Part shown: positions 12,068 to 25,277 of the stretch, piece by piece
Numbering within the stretch: the first letter of the stretch is position 1
Layout: the number at the start of each line of letters is the position of its first letter
NCBI GenBank assembly: GCA_051294905.1
Contig: CM119371.1
Location: 15,068,001-15,132,000 of the forward strand
Source: Botryllus schlosseri
Taxonomy: Eukaryota
DNA length: 64,000 nucleotides
Direction of reading: 5' to 3'
Made by a program: the position numbers and the translations under genes
Notes under the pieces: model-generated
Seen by the model: the letters and a program-made list of their open reading frames with translations, nothing else
Database searches by the model: none
What the model was told of the DNA's origin: nothing

Positions 12068-12666
12068 CCGTAAACCGGGGTAACTTTGGACTTCAGAGTA
12101 ACTTTGGACACTGAGCAGTAAAGGATTTAAATGGTTATTGATGGAAAAGAGTTGCCGCTGGATGTCCAATTCTTTTTCATGAGACAAAGTACCAATAAAA
12201 GGTGAATTCATTTCACTGCCAGATAAACTTGACCCAGCGTTGATAAATTATTGGCGGGGGTCAATTCCATCAAAATTGATGGCCATCAAAATTATTACAA
12301 CCAAACATAGATAGCATGTGATTCATAGATTCAAAACTTGGCAGCAGATACCTCTAAGTAGTCTTAATCCATGGCAAAAATCTCATTGGGCTAATCCTTA
12401 TATCGATATAAGAAAATGTGATGTCCAAAGTTATCCCCTCAAATTTGATTAGAACGGGGTAACTTTGGACAGTGGAAAAAGTGATATTTAGAGCTCTGGA
12501 AAGTGGCTCCTCATCTGTGTCAAAGTGTTTTGTCAACTATATTCGTTATGACCGGCTGGATGGCTTTTCAAAATGGAATGAGAAGGTTAATAATTAAGAA
12601 TTTGCAAAAATATGAAAAAACGGGTAGGCAATGAGCCGAGAGATTGTAATAGGGTGTAGGTTACTT
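12068..12666. mobile_element. TA-flanked DNA transposon fragment abutting the truncated KLHL-A2 pseudogene
   Basis: TA|CCGTAAACCGGGGTAACTTTGGAC with repeated GTAACTTTGGAC subterminal motif. Right terminus not found. Confidence 0.5.
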
Positions 12667-13171
12667 TCATAATGACTGCGGTTCTTGTGACTCGACAAAT
12701 GCCTTGAGATTTTCCCGAAAAAAGATTTGAATCGAGGTTTTCAAAAGTTTCTTTTTATGAACTCGAGCCACCGACAGCATCTCTTCTACAGTGTCCATGG
12801 TTACATTCTCACAAATAAATCCAACGTGGAGATCCGTCAAATTATGGAGGCAAAAGATATCCGATGCTTTTATGAAATCAGTGACGCAGTCCAAAGAAAA
12901 TTCAACTTGACCGGAATAAATGCAGTTGATGCATTGTTTCACATTCTCACCAGGAGTATCTGGAAATGAAACAATCCCAGTCTTTGACTTTTCTGTCACT
13001 CGAAAACATGGCTTGGAAATATTCCGATGCGGCTATCAAGACAAATTTATGAACCTTCACTTCATCTTGACCTGTCACAATGGTGATGTCACAAAAGTTT
13101 TCTTCGTCTTTCAAAGCGTTCATGGAATCGAGCATGGATCGTGGATGCAAGGAACATTGCTTAGGAGCCAT
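12667..13171 (-). pseudogene. KLHL subfamily A pseudogene (A2): frameshifted and 3'-truncated
   Basis: Two overlapping ORFs (MAPKQCSLHPR...; ...KSKTGIVSFPDT...) match the A1/A3 BTB across a 2-nt deletion near 12995. Homology ends early in BACK at ~12668; the Kelch region is lost. Confidence 0.9.
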
Positions 13172-16163
13172 GTTTCATAGATCAGTTTGAGAAAATAACT
13201 AACTATGCTGCAAAATTGTAACGGAACATGTTAGAACCTGTGCAATTATGAAAACGTTACTTTTTTCAAGCAAAAATGCACTGATAACATCAATGTTTCC
13301 CTCCATTTGGAGGTCAGATTGTCAACTATGCAAATACAAATAAAGGTTTTGAGCACTTTTCGTCACACAAACAGTATAAAATAATTCTACAATGATTTTT
13401 CATTTTGCTGAATACTCACTCTAGAAACCAAATGTACAAATTATATTCTTCAGAAGAAATGGAAATACAATTAAACTTGAAGACACCAACATGAACATTC
13501 CCAAGTAGCCACACCTATGAGAGTAGTTGTTCGACAAATTACTTATGCTTCAAAATCGCAAAGAAACGTGTCATATGCAGTACAATTCTGTAAAACCAGG
13601 CTTCAAGCAAAAAAAAATTTGCTAACAACATTATTGTTTACCTCATTCAAATTGTCAATTCTACGAATACAACTAAAGATTTGCACGATTTTCAGGTTGC
13701 AGTCAAACATAGAATAAAAATTACTTCAATAGTATGAACAGAAAATCATTGGCACACATGTCTAAGCAATCGGATGGTACAATTTACACTAATTTTTGAT
13801 TTTGCTGAACAGTGAAACAGGAAGCCAATAGGAACAACAGAATGTAATTGCAGACAATGTCAAGGAAGACACTATTCTATCTGATAGTTGAATTTGCAGA
13901 TAGCACGCACTCATGACAAGGACATGATCCTACTCCAGCAGTATCAGTCTAATTAAAATGTATCGTGAGCTATTTGATCACAGGTGATCAAGATTTGAAA
14001 ATCGCACAACATAAAATTCAATTCAGACTCATGATTCCTGTGCACTAGCTGGTGGGATGAGGTGAGGATTACATTGATAGAGTGTTTATCTGTTGCTTCG
14101 ATCGCCTCCTATATTTCACATTGTGCATTGCTTGTCTTGAGCAGTTGAAATACCAGGATTGGAAATTATGATCTTGCAATGGTGACAATATGTACGTAAT
14201 ATGTAATATGGATTCAAGAATTGAGTAGGGGTGCTTGAAGCAAGGATGTAAATTCCTATAAAGGATCCTCAATAAAATGTAAGATAGCAGGCAAAATAAG
14301 TACAGTATCACATATTGACATATGCGATGATCAGTCAAGAAGTGGGTTCTATGAATACGAATTGAACGTGCAGTTCTTGGATTATTGCCAAATGAGCTAA
14401 AATTACCAAATTACAATAGCAGAAAACAGAATTGTAATCGCCGATTATTTGCAAACAGAATAAATCATGCAGCACATTAAAATAATCAACCAGTTACAAA
14501 TGTAAAACAGAAATCCACACTGCACCTTCACATTTCTGTCAGTCATAAGAAAATGGATACTTTATTAACCCCTGCAATCTGCATCCTTTCACACCAATCA
14601 TACTATACAAAAAATAGCATCAATCACCACAAAAACACACATAAGTTACAGTTAGAAAAAAGCAATCACAGAAGCAATCATTACAGCCATCACAAGGCAT
14701 TCACTAAAATACGGAATCCATTACACCAAGATGCTTAGGTGTCAAGTGATGAATACTTCTACTTTTTACGACTACTCCAGCAGGATTTTGTCTAGTTGTA
14801 ATACTTGCCAGGGTCTTAACCAAGTCACAAGTCAATCTCACTTCTACAGTTTTGAGTCAAGTCGAGTAATTCTTAATTCACCACCGATTCAAGTCAGCTA
14901 GTAGAGGGTTGAGTGTGAGTCATAGTGTGCACTTTTCCGTTTTCAGTTCAATCCGGTTCAACCCACTTTTTCAACTCTACTCCAGTGATATAGAATGGCT
15001 CGCATTCATAATATGGTAATTTTCCTCATTCTTAACAGTTGCTGGCCCTATTTACAAGTACCAGGACTGATAGCCAAAATGCCAATAACATGGTAACTTT
15101 ACTATTCTTTGAAGTTATAATGAAATGTCCGTCTTGGTCATCCTAGTCTCGAGTCACATGACTTGATTCGAGTCGTGCACAATGACTCCAGTCCAAGTCG
15201 AGTCAATGAGTCATGTTACGCATTTGAAAAATGACTCGAGTCAAGTCGAGTCACAAAAAAAATCATGACTCGAGTCATTACATGCAAATTCAGTGCTGGA
15301 CCTGCACATGGAGAGATAGAAAACATAACGATATCTGACGACATTCGACAAAGTGAATGTACCAACTTTAATTTTTGAGAATGTATGCCCAACATTGTTA
15401 TTACATTTAGATATTATCTTATAGGAGTGTCATAATAGGCCTATCTTGAGGTTGCCATGAGAAACATAGATAATATGTCGCACAGGGGTCACTACTCCAG
15501 TATTTGTGTGAAATATACATATGCATTGTTCAAAAATAATATGCACATGCACATTCAAATGCAATGGGTCCAATAAACAATACGCCATGGAAATCTCAAT
15601 GCACACGAGATAGAAGGCCATCAGATGATTCACTCACATGCAAATCGGTCATTTGAGGAAGGATATCTAGCAGCGTACACCAGCAGGTCATAAGAGGAAT
15701 ATAAAACCTATGTGTCGCGTTATAGGCAGTAGAGCTGTTTTTGTACGGAATTTTCCCCAAATTACAATAACCTAGTGGTTAGAGTGATAGGTTACCTAAA
15801 GACCAGTGCACACTAAATTTTCCTCAGTTCCAACTCCTTTTTTACCATAATATACGGTAATAGTATTTGCGTTGATAAGTTTTGTGACTTGGTGATGACC
15901 AATTAATGTGTTCCAGGCATGCCTGAAGGGAGAGTTATGTTGTTTTCACGAATTTTCATCTTAGCAGGGGTCTGTGATGGAGTTTGGATAAAGATATTGC
16001 ATATTATTCAAAAATCTAATGACACTGAATTGCAGGCAATTACCGTAATCAAGTTCATCGAGACAACCACGTTCAAACTATGGTGTCATAATTCACAAAA
16101 GAAATGTTTCCCACATTGTCACATTTCACAAGTCAGTAATCAATGTCCAATAATAAGAACCCA

Positions 16164-17747
16164 TCATTTCGAAAATGACAGGCAACAAACACTAATATCC
16201 ACATCTTTCGGAGCAGGCGCTTGCTTATCCTTTTCCGATACCACAAACTTTTCCAGTTCTACAGCACATATCTCTGTTCCCAATAGCTTTCCATATACAT
16301 ACAACTTGTCTGCGATATGAACTTTGGATCCTGTGTAGTAATTTCCAATGCTAAGACCTGGAATAAATTCCCATTGCTTTCGTATATCATTGTAGAACAC
16401 AACTTTCGTAAAATTGTTACTGATAGCATACACAATCCCATTATATCCGAAAGCAGATCCCTCCGTAACCGAAATTGGCATCGGTGAAATCGGGATACAT
16501 TGCATGGTTCTCAGGTTGATCTCAAAAGCAAGCTTACTATTAAAACATTCAATGACATAAATGCATTCTTCAAGACTCGTAATAGCAAATTTATTACTAG
16601 CCCATATTCCGTTTCTTTCGATTTTAATTGATGTCGACTTGCCACCGTCTACTTCATACAGGACTGCTTGTGTTTCAGTAACCATCGCTATGTATTTTCC
16701 ACATTTGATACATTTGTTATATTCTTCCTTCGAATCACTCTCGTACAATTTTTTCCATTCTAATCCATCGTAACTGAAGAGGGATTTGCCGGTTGTGACA
16801 TAAATCATTCCTTTATATTCAACAACATCAAGCCAATCACTTTTGATTATCGGAGGAAGTTTAGTAACTACCGACCATTCATCTTCAATTAGGCTGTAAC
16901 TGTACACCATCCTAGATTTCTTATCACATGATATGATACCAATCAACTGCTCACTGCAAGCCGGCAGTACTTTTGGATTTTTTTCCAATACATAATCACG
17001 ACACACTATTTTGTGCAAGCATTTCTTCGAATCAGTCACCAACGTCTCACAAACAACATTTTCCGTTATAAATTGTTGAGGAAGAAATGCTAGATCAATC
17101 GACTGGAAGCAATCATCAAACGCATCTTTTCTTCCAACCATGTCATGTTTGACCCAGGTCACTACTGCTTTCCATTTTAACATTTCATATTTCTTACCCC
17201 AGTTTTGCACAAGAGACAGTAAGTAAAGGAATTTATCTTTTGGTAATGACTGCAGCTCTTGTGAATCGACAAATGCCTCGAGATTTTCCCGAAAAAAGAT
17301 TTGAATGGTGGTTTTCAAAAGGTCCTTCTGATAAATTAGAGCCACCGATAGCATCTCCCCTACATTTTCCATGGTTATATTCTCTGACAGAAACTCAACG
17401 TAGAGACTCGTCAAATCATGGAGGCAAAACATATCCGATGCTTTTATGAAATCAGTGATGTGATCCAAAGTAAAATCAACTTTCCCGGTATAAATAAAGT
17501 TGATGCATTGTTTGACAACATCCCCAGGAGTATCGGGGAATGAAACAATCGCAGTCTTTGATTCTTTTGTATCATTCGAAAACATGGCTCGGAAATATTT
17601 CGACGCGGCAATCAATACAAATTTGTGAACCTTGATTTCGTCTTGACCGACCACTATGGTGATGTCACAAAACTCTTCTTCGTCTTTCAATGCATTCATG
17701 GAAGTGAGCATGAACCGTGGATGCAAGGAGCATTCCTTTGGAGCCAT
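16164..17747 (-). CDS. BTB-BACK-Kelch-like protein, subfamily A (A3), 527 aa, intronless CDS
   Basis: Full-length paralog of 6849-8432 with the same BTB/BACK motifs and degenerate propeller. Confidence 0.93.
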   Translation of the reverse strand: MAPKECSLHPRFMLTSMNALKDEEEFCDITIVVGQDEIKVHKFVLIAASKYFRAMFSNDTKESKTAIVSFPDTPGDVVKQCINFIYTGKVDFTLDHITDFIKASDMFCLHDLTSLYVEFLSENITMENVGEMLSVALIYQKDLLKTTIQIFFRENLEAFVDSQELQSLPKDKFLYLLSLVQNWGKKYEMLKWKAVVTWVKHDMVGRKDAFDDCFQSIDLAFLPQQFITENVVCETLVTDSKKCLHKIVCRDYVLEKNPKVLPACSEQLIGIISCDKKSRMVYSYSLIEDEWSVVTKLPPIIKSDWLDVVEYKGMIYVTTGKSLFSYDGLEWKKLYESDSKEEYNKCIKCGKYIAMVTETQAVLYEVDGGKSTSIKIERNGIWASNKFAITSLEECIYVIECFNSKLAFEINLRTMQCIPISPMPISVTEGSAFGYNGIVYAISNNFTKVVFYNDIRKQWEFIPGLSIGNYYTGSKVHIADKLYVYGKLLGTEICAVELEKFVVSEKDKQAPAPKDVDISVCCLSFSK

Positions 17748-19196
17748 ATTTCATAGGAGATCAGTTATACACAATTATTTATGCTGCAAAAATGTAACAA
17801 AAATACAGTATTGCAATCAGTAGGTTACAATTCTAAAAACGTTGCTTGTATAACAAAAAAGAATGCACCAACCTCCTGTTGAAGTTATTAACTCGGCGCA
17901 GTACTATATTCAATGTGAGCTACCACATTCTCATTTGATTTACTAGTTACACAAAGCAATAAAACAATCCGCAATACAACTAACTGCCAATATTACCAAT
18001 CGCAGAGGGAAATTCAGGATGTGTACACCGAGCTCGAAGCAGATCGTACGAGTTCATACCCAATGGTTGCTGTAACAATCTTGATTTGATGGCGAATAGA
18101 GCACATACAATTGCTCTAGCGTTAATTACTCGAGTGGTCCTCGGATGCGATTCAAGTGCTAAATATTTACAGAAGTAAAGTCCTAGTACGAAAAGATCGA
18201 CCGGAATTCGACCTCTTACCCATTGGTTTTACTACAGTCCTTAAAATATGGGGGGGGGGGGGGGGCACCAGACCTAGGCAATTTTTGAAAAGGGGTGCCA
18301 CAGGAAAAAAGGTCAAGAACCGCCAGCCTAACCATACTATTGGTGTAATCTACAATAGTTCTTCATTTTGATGAATAGTCAAACAAGGAACCAAATATAC
18401 AAATTATATTATTCAACAGAGATGGGAATTCAGGTAAACTTGAAGACAGCCACAGGAAGTTCTGTTTATATAATAAATAGCGCCGATTCATTGTTGACGT
18501 AGCAAGATGGACAGTGTAGGATTGGACACAGTGATTTGTGTAGGCTACTTGAATCTGAATCGAGTGTTGATTGTAATGATTTGAGTGGAGATATGATTTA
18601 CAAGATATTTGAGCAAAGTACAGATGAATATCAAGAAATTATCCACAAACGCAAATCATTAAATCCAAAATAATGATGTGAAGTAGGTAGCAATGTTTTG
18701 TAGTCAGCATACACAAGTGACCTTCTGGATTTAGATCACATAAGAGTATACATGCGCTGTAGTAGTAGTTCTCTGCTATAAAAGTGTAACTTATCTGCAA
18801 CGCGAACTTTGCATCCTAATCCAATTATGTAACGGATTTTAATGAAGCTGTTTATAAAAATGCGCCAGCCTCACAGTGACTCTTGATGAGCCTATTAGAT
18901 CATTAGCGTAAATTGTATCTGAAACTACTAATGCACGAAACTAGATTTTCGGATTACCCGATGCTGTTAGCAAGGCATTTGGGAAGCAGTTACTTGTTAC
19001 AAAACACCATTCGGATACAGATATATTGGTTCTGCACAATTGCACAATAATTTATAATAAGAAGAACATGGTGCAAGGTGTTACTATACCACTAATGATA
19101 TAAATACACTTGAGGCATTAAGTGATTTACAAATATTTTTAAAGAGTGGGCTCAATGTCTTTGGTGATTTTTACACCTGCTCTAGACAATGTACAT

Positions 19197-20642
19197 CAGG
19201 GGTTCTCAACTTCCCTTGTACAACGGCCGCATTTTTACAAATAAAGACGCTGCGGGCCGCAGAATATTATTATCATGTATTTGTGGGCTACTATTAAATT
19301 TAGGCTACTATAGCCTATTTAACAGTCATATACTGGCATTTAGTACATTTTCATGCATTCTGTAGCATTAATGGACAGCGTTTGTAAGTTTACATTGGCT
19401 GTTTATTTGTGTGAGAATATGTATCTTCCAGCGGCGCAAGTAAATCCCCATAGGGAGCCTGCATTGCATTCGTTTCCAAGTAGGTATATGCACCCCAAAC
19501 CATTCCAACAGAGAACTGAACTCCCTGTTTCATTGCGTGAGTGAGCAAGTATGTAATAACGGTCACTCTTTCGTTACAGAGGCCATCATCAGCTCTGAGT
19601 GACATGAGAAGAAGTCTGGTGTTCGGGGTCATTTCTGAGCAAACCAATCAACCCTTCTCCTTTCCTTCCATGGCTGATGGAGCCCTGCACCAAGAGTTAC
19701 AGGAGTCAGCTTTGTAAATTTGTTGTTTTTCGCATTTCCTCTGCAAATATGTCTACTCTGATAAAATGCACACAGATAATTAGCTATGCCATATCTGTGG
19801 AGTCAGTGGATTCGTCCAATGCTAGGCTAAAGTAGTCTACGCGGCAAACGTGGTTCAGAAAATACGAGAAAAGATTGACTGGCATTGCTGTTACTCTTCT
19901 GGTCACGGTTGAATCACACAATTGTAGCTTCGAAATTTGTCAGGTCATGTTGGCCTCGCTGCTAAGTTCTGAAAACAGCTAATATTCGCACAGTACGTTG
20001 AAGTCTTATTGAAATCACACCCTCTCTAGCAGATTTCTTGGGTTTAGCGATATTCTAAGTAATTTTGAAAGATGCGTCTATAACGTCGCTTCCAATTTTA
20101 ACAATGCCCGAAATATGGATTGCTGGGCTTGCCACCAAGCTAGCTTCGTTTTTTCTAAGATCAGGCGATATGTGAAACTCCAGAAGAAACAGGCGTAGTA
20201 TCATTTCAAGCTTTGACGCTTCGTTACGACAACTGACAACATCGATTTTCCATTTAAATCTGGGAAAGCAAATTCATTGCTCGACGAAGAGTTACAAACC
20301 CAGCTTTTGACGTTCTCGTTTCTAGTACTTGTTTCTGCTCAAACCATTCACGGTGTGTAAAACACTTTTTAAAGTGTTCTACGCAGCGGGACTCTCTTGA
20401 AGCAAAGTGCAGTCGAATACCGATTCAAAACAATAACAATCTAAACTTTAGCATAGGCCTATATCAAGAAACCAGAACACATCAAAGAATGAGTAATCAA
20501 ACGAAACAGACAGCGCGATAAGAAAGCTAAGTAGCTAAATTAATATGTAACAATTCTGTGCCAGTATAGTAATTGCTTCCGTAATGAAAGATGTCACGGG
20601 CCGCAAAATAAACGTCTGCGGGCCGAAAGTTGAGAACCCCTG
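19197..20642 (-). mobile_element. hAT-Charlie/SPIN-type deletion derivative with decayed transposase
   Basis: TIR CAGGGGTTCTCAAC...GTTGAGAACCCCTG; TSD ATGTACAT/ATGAACAT; minus-strand remnants QLCDSTVTRRV, DYFSLALDESTDSTDMA*L and SAMEGKEKGL (Charlie-class motifs). Confidence 0.88.
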
Positions 20643-20789
20643 ATGAACATCATCATAGTATAAGATCTTCATCAAAAGACCAAATATCCGATTCCTTGTA
20701 ACAACAGCACCTAACTCTTCCTGCATAACATATAACCATTTTGTCCATTCTAGCACAGCGGCATTTAAGGCTTAAGATAATAGCTACAC

Positions 20790-21676
20790 CAGGGGTGTCA
20801 AACTCAAATTGCGTCGCGAGCCGGATTCAAGCCTTCAAATCGCTCGTGGACTGGACCAGTCATCTGATTCAAAATGTTACCTCGTGTCCTTGCTTTTCAC
20901 TTGAATACATCACAAGCATATATCATAGATAATACATGGATCATAGGGTTTTCAAAGTAGCAAGTCGCAACACCTTTATTCGCGAACAATCAAATTCGCA
21001 AAAATACGATGATTGTCCAGTTGAATACAGTTCAGAACCGCTAAAACAGTGGCGGTAACGACGATATAAGTTAGCATATTCCATGTTCCCTTTGATTTAG
21101 TCGTAATCTGGCGTTAGCCCTGCATATGCATTATGCATTGTGAGGAATACAACATATTTAATTGGAAACGCGGACGTTGTAATTTGGTTTATTATTATTA
21201 CACCGCGAGTCTGGTTTCTCTCTCTCTATGTCTGGGGATCTATTGGGTCGAAAGCAGTGCGTCCATCGATGTTTCAATTATATATTTGGGCAGCTAATAT
21301 ATCTTCCATGTAAACTGCATATAATGGTTCCGCATTGGCGTTTTCGCTTCCGTGAATAACTACTTTTTGGTCCATATTTGTATAAAACTCTGAAATTAGT
21401 GTGCACTTTTAGCCTTCTTGAAACTGGATGTTAATTTCACAGACTTGTTGTTACTAGTGGTAACAGCTAGAGTGAAACCACAGCGCCATAGTCGGGTGGT
21501 TAATGGGAGCTATAATAACATGGAAGTATTTCCTGCAAAATTCTCGACATTTGTTGTAAATGTGCTCGAAAATATAAGAATTTTTCAAGCGATTCAGAAT
21601 CGATTTGTGGGCCGAATGAAATCGTCTGGGGGGGGGGGGGGGGAGTCGGATGCGGCCCGTATGTTTGACACCTTCG
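20790..21676. mobile_element. hAT-Charlie-type MITE
   Basis: CAGGGGTGTCAAAC...GTTTGACACCTTCG; TSD AGCTACAC/AGCTACGC. Confidence 0.75.
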
Positions 21677-21721
21677 AGCTACGCTGTAAATTCTTAGGTA
21701 TCCCGCGATACAAGTATACAT

Positions 21722-23196
21722 TAGGGTTGTTCAGATTTGAAAAATTGTAAGGATATTTCGATGCTTGTTACCCAAATGATGGTTTAGTACATAAAAACAC
21801 TTATATGAGCAATTTTGGTCATCTTCGTCGTGATCTTCTATCCCCGAAAAGCCCCCAAAGATGCACGGGGCAATTCTCCTTACTGCTTGATCGGTAGTGT
21901 TGACCATGTCACTGGTTTATAGCTTTTGTGACGTTATCATTCGAAAACGGCCATGTAGAGACGAGATATTGCAATAAAATAGATATGTTTTCAAAATATT
22001 ATTTAAATGCAGTCCTGTAAAGGCCACATCCATCTCAGTTTTGCTCAGCAAAATCTGTCTGTCATGCTCATGGGAATCATGTATTAGTTGCACTATTGAC
22101 ATCGGCTTGATTTAGATCGTACATTGAAGAAGCGCCGTTGGGTTGCAATTCGTGAACAAATACTGATATTCCCAGCTAGTTTTCAGCCATAAGGTATTAT
22201 TCAAAGGTATGTAATGCCAGTCCTAATAATTTTCTCAACTTCAAATCATCTGTAAAATACCGAGTTATCTTATTTTATGGTCGACTGCTATTTAGTTGAA
22301 GAAAAATGCCTGAAACAATGCATAAACACAATGTTCAGCGCTTGCCTTATAGGCATTCTTGTCCTATTCCATACGTTGGCAACCTCTTCAACAGTTAGAA
22401 GGACACAGTCCTGCGTTGTGGTAGTTTCGGGGCAATTTTCTTTCAGATAGGGCGGATGTAGTAGAACCTCATCTAGAGTCGGTAACTTGGAGTGACTAAT
22501 ACACTCAGATAAATATCCGATCGAATAGTGACCAGAATATGAGACCAGATAGTGGGCAGACCTGAATCTTGTTCATGGTTGGTCCGCAAAACCCATATCC
22601 CCTTTGTTTCAGACATTCTTCTGCAACTGAATTGCAGTCTACCATAAAATAAGATAACTCGGTATTTTACAGATGATTTGAAGTTGAGAAAAGTATTACT
22701 GACATTACATACCTTTGAATAATACCTTATGGCTGAAAACTAGCTGGGAATAGCAGTATTTGTTCACGAAGTGCAACCCAACGGCGCTTCTTCAATGTAC
22801 GATCCAAGTCAAGCCGATGTCAATGGTGCGACCAATACATGATTCCCATGAGCATGATAGACAGGTTGTGCAGAGTGAAATCGATATGCATGTGGCCTTA
22901 ATATGACTGCATTCAAGTACAATGTTGAAAACATGGCTATTCTATTGCAATTACTATCCATACACGGCCGTTTTCAACTGATAACGTCACAAAAGCTATA
23001 AACCGGTGCCGTGGTCAACATTACATATCCAGTAGTAAGGAGAATTGCCCCGTGGATCTTTGGGAGGTTTTCGGGGATAGAAGATCACGATGAAGATGTC
23101 CAAAATTGCTCATAAAAGTGTTTTTATGTACTAAACCATCATTTTGGTCACAAGCATCGAAGTTTCCTGACAATTTTTCAAATCTGAACAACCCTA
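21722..23196. mobile_element. Non-autonomous hATm-type element with ~590-bp inverted arms
   Basis: TAGGGTTGTTCAGA...TCTGAACAACCCTA; perfect TSD GTATACAT (21714-21721, 23197-23204); arms ~21722-22318 and ~22603-23196 are reverse complements around a ~285-bp spacer. Confidence 0.92.
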
Positions 23197-24039
23197 GTAT
23201 ACATGTAAAGCATAGCCACGGTGTAAAGTGCTATATGATTCGAGTAGCTCACGATCATGACAGGCGCGCCCTAACACAAAAACGAATCACTTCAATCTAT
23301 TCAAACATAGCAACCGTTTATACGGCGTAAAGCTACAGTGTAGATCGCTATGGTCCAAGTATTTCTCTGCCATGGCCGCCTCAACAAAAATAAATCTTTG
23401 TCATCTATTCAAGCATAGCAAGCGTTTATTCAGCGTAGCTACACTGCTAATTGCCATAATGATCCAATATCTTCTCACCATCACCCTGGCGATACGCCTC
23501 AACAAAAACAAATCTTGCTTTCCTACTTGGGGGTTTCCCTCTCGTTTTTACGCTCAATAGACACTTACGTGACCTTTGACACAAACCAATCAGGTTGCAG
23601 CAGGATGTAAACAAAGAACAAGGCCGGGCAAGCTTACTATGAGCTCTATGGAAAGGGTTGAAAAATGAAGGTTTTAAGAAAAATTACATTGAATTGGGAA
23701 TAGCTGGCTTTGGTGAATGGTAATAACGTAGAGCTAGTATGTATTTGCAGTGTTTTAACCTACAATAAACATGAATGGTAGCAAGCACGCATCAGCATGG
23801 TATGTCCAAATGAGATGATTTCTGACAACTTTTCGGATGAAGCAACTATTGCTGTATTATCCTTTGTCGTTTAATATAGGATTGTCGTACCAAATAGAAT
23901 GTATGAGAGAAATCTTGAGTCAGGATAGGTGGGTTATTCATTATGTGGGCTCGCTGTTATATGCGTTCTATTTATGGAATCGTATATGCCATATGCTACA
24001 GTCTGTATCATTATCTAGCAAATCACTGTTACACTAGAC

Positions 24040-25168
24040 CAGGGGTGGGCAAACTTTTGAGCTCGCGGGCCACATTCAACATCTGAATCCATTCACGGGC
24101 CGCACTATATAAAATGGGATTATAAACCAAAACGCGATATTGGTATTTGATTATATAGTGAGGACATGGAGACAATATATGTGCTTATTTAAAACAAAAC
24201 AAACATAGCTTTGATGATATCGTACACGCGTCAGAAAGATAGTTAGTGGCGGGATTTCATAGACTGGTCAACCTAACCAATTAGTCAAAACTATAGAGAT
24301 GAAAGTCGGTTGTACCGATTCTTAGAACAAGATTGAAATTTAAATCTGTGAGCAGCGATCTGTTCATAGATTTACTAATTTCACTTTTGGTTCAGTTCCA
24401 GGACACACAATCATAACCATGTTAGCTTCTACTATGTGTAGATAAAATATAAATGCCTCAATTCTACGCATAAAGAGATCGAATCTACCTAAGACACGCG
24501 CGGATCGGTTTTTATAAGCACGTCACTGAAATAATGAAAACTGGAGTGACCAATCTGAAATCCCACTCGTGATCCGAATTATGTCAATCTCGTTTAGGAT
24601 TTCTGTGATGTTTAGCAGTTGAAACCTTTCAAACTGTGTGGGCCTTGAGATCGAGCTGTCACGCCAGAAATTGAACATAAAAATAAAATAGGAAGTATTT
24701 ACCTTAGAACAGTGGTTTTCAAACTTTTTAAGACACGCCCCCCCCCCTAATGATGGTGAAAGATTTCGCGCTCCCTTATCGTCATATCACAAAACGCAAC
24801 CTAACAGATAATTTGATAGCATGGAAGGTTACGACTATGGTTGAGAGATTTTGAAATGTGTAAATTCAGACTAAATACAGAGCAACAATTGTGAAATTGT
24901 TGGTAAATCGGGCGAAAAATTGTGTCAGTTGAGCTCAGCTTCGCGCCCCACTTCTGATGCTTTCACGCACCCCAGTTTGAGAACCACTGTCCTAGAATTA
25001 TCATGGTGAAATATACTAAGAGATAGTTAAATGAAGTCCCTGCATTATTTCGATTTTTAGTACGCATTTTATCATTATTCAAAAAAAGTTTCTTTAGACT
25101 CTCGCGGGCCGCACAGAACGGTGTTGTGGGCCGTATGCGGCCCGCGGGCCGTAGTTTGCCCACCCCTG
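24040..25168. mobile_element. hAT-Charlie-type MITE
   Basis: CAGGGGTGGGCAAAC...GTTTGCCCACCCCTG; perfect TSD CACTAGAC (24032-24039, 25169-25176). Confidence 0.9.
24710..24989. mobile_element. Nested small Charlie-type MITE
   Basis: CAGTGGTTTTCAAAC...GTTTGAGAACCACTG; TSD CCTTAGAA/TCCTAGAA; same family as 30945-31243. Confidence 0.75.
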
Positions 25169-25277
25169 CACTAGACACTTGTCTGCATATTCAATAATTA
25201 TATTAATATAATATATGTTAGGCAACATGATCCGTTCACAGCTGAAATCGTCATTTTTTGTTCTAGCTCATGTACGG

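Noticed and set aside
13900..14400. Short open frames with weak lectin-like Trp/Cys spacing
   Set aside because: Interrupted by stops, with no recognisable domain or splice structure.
18500..18950. Acidic open stretch and IVSET motif reminiscent of a piggyBac transposase N-terminus
   Set aside because: Too degenerate, and no TIR or TTAA pair was found.
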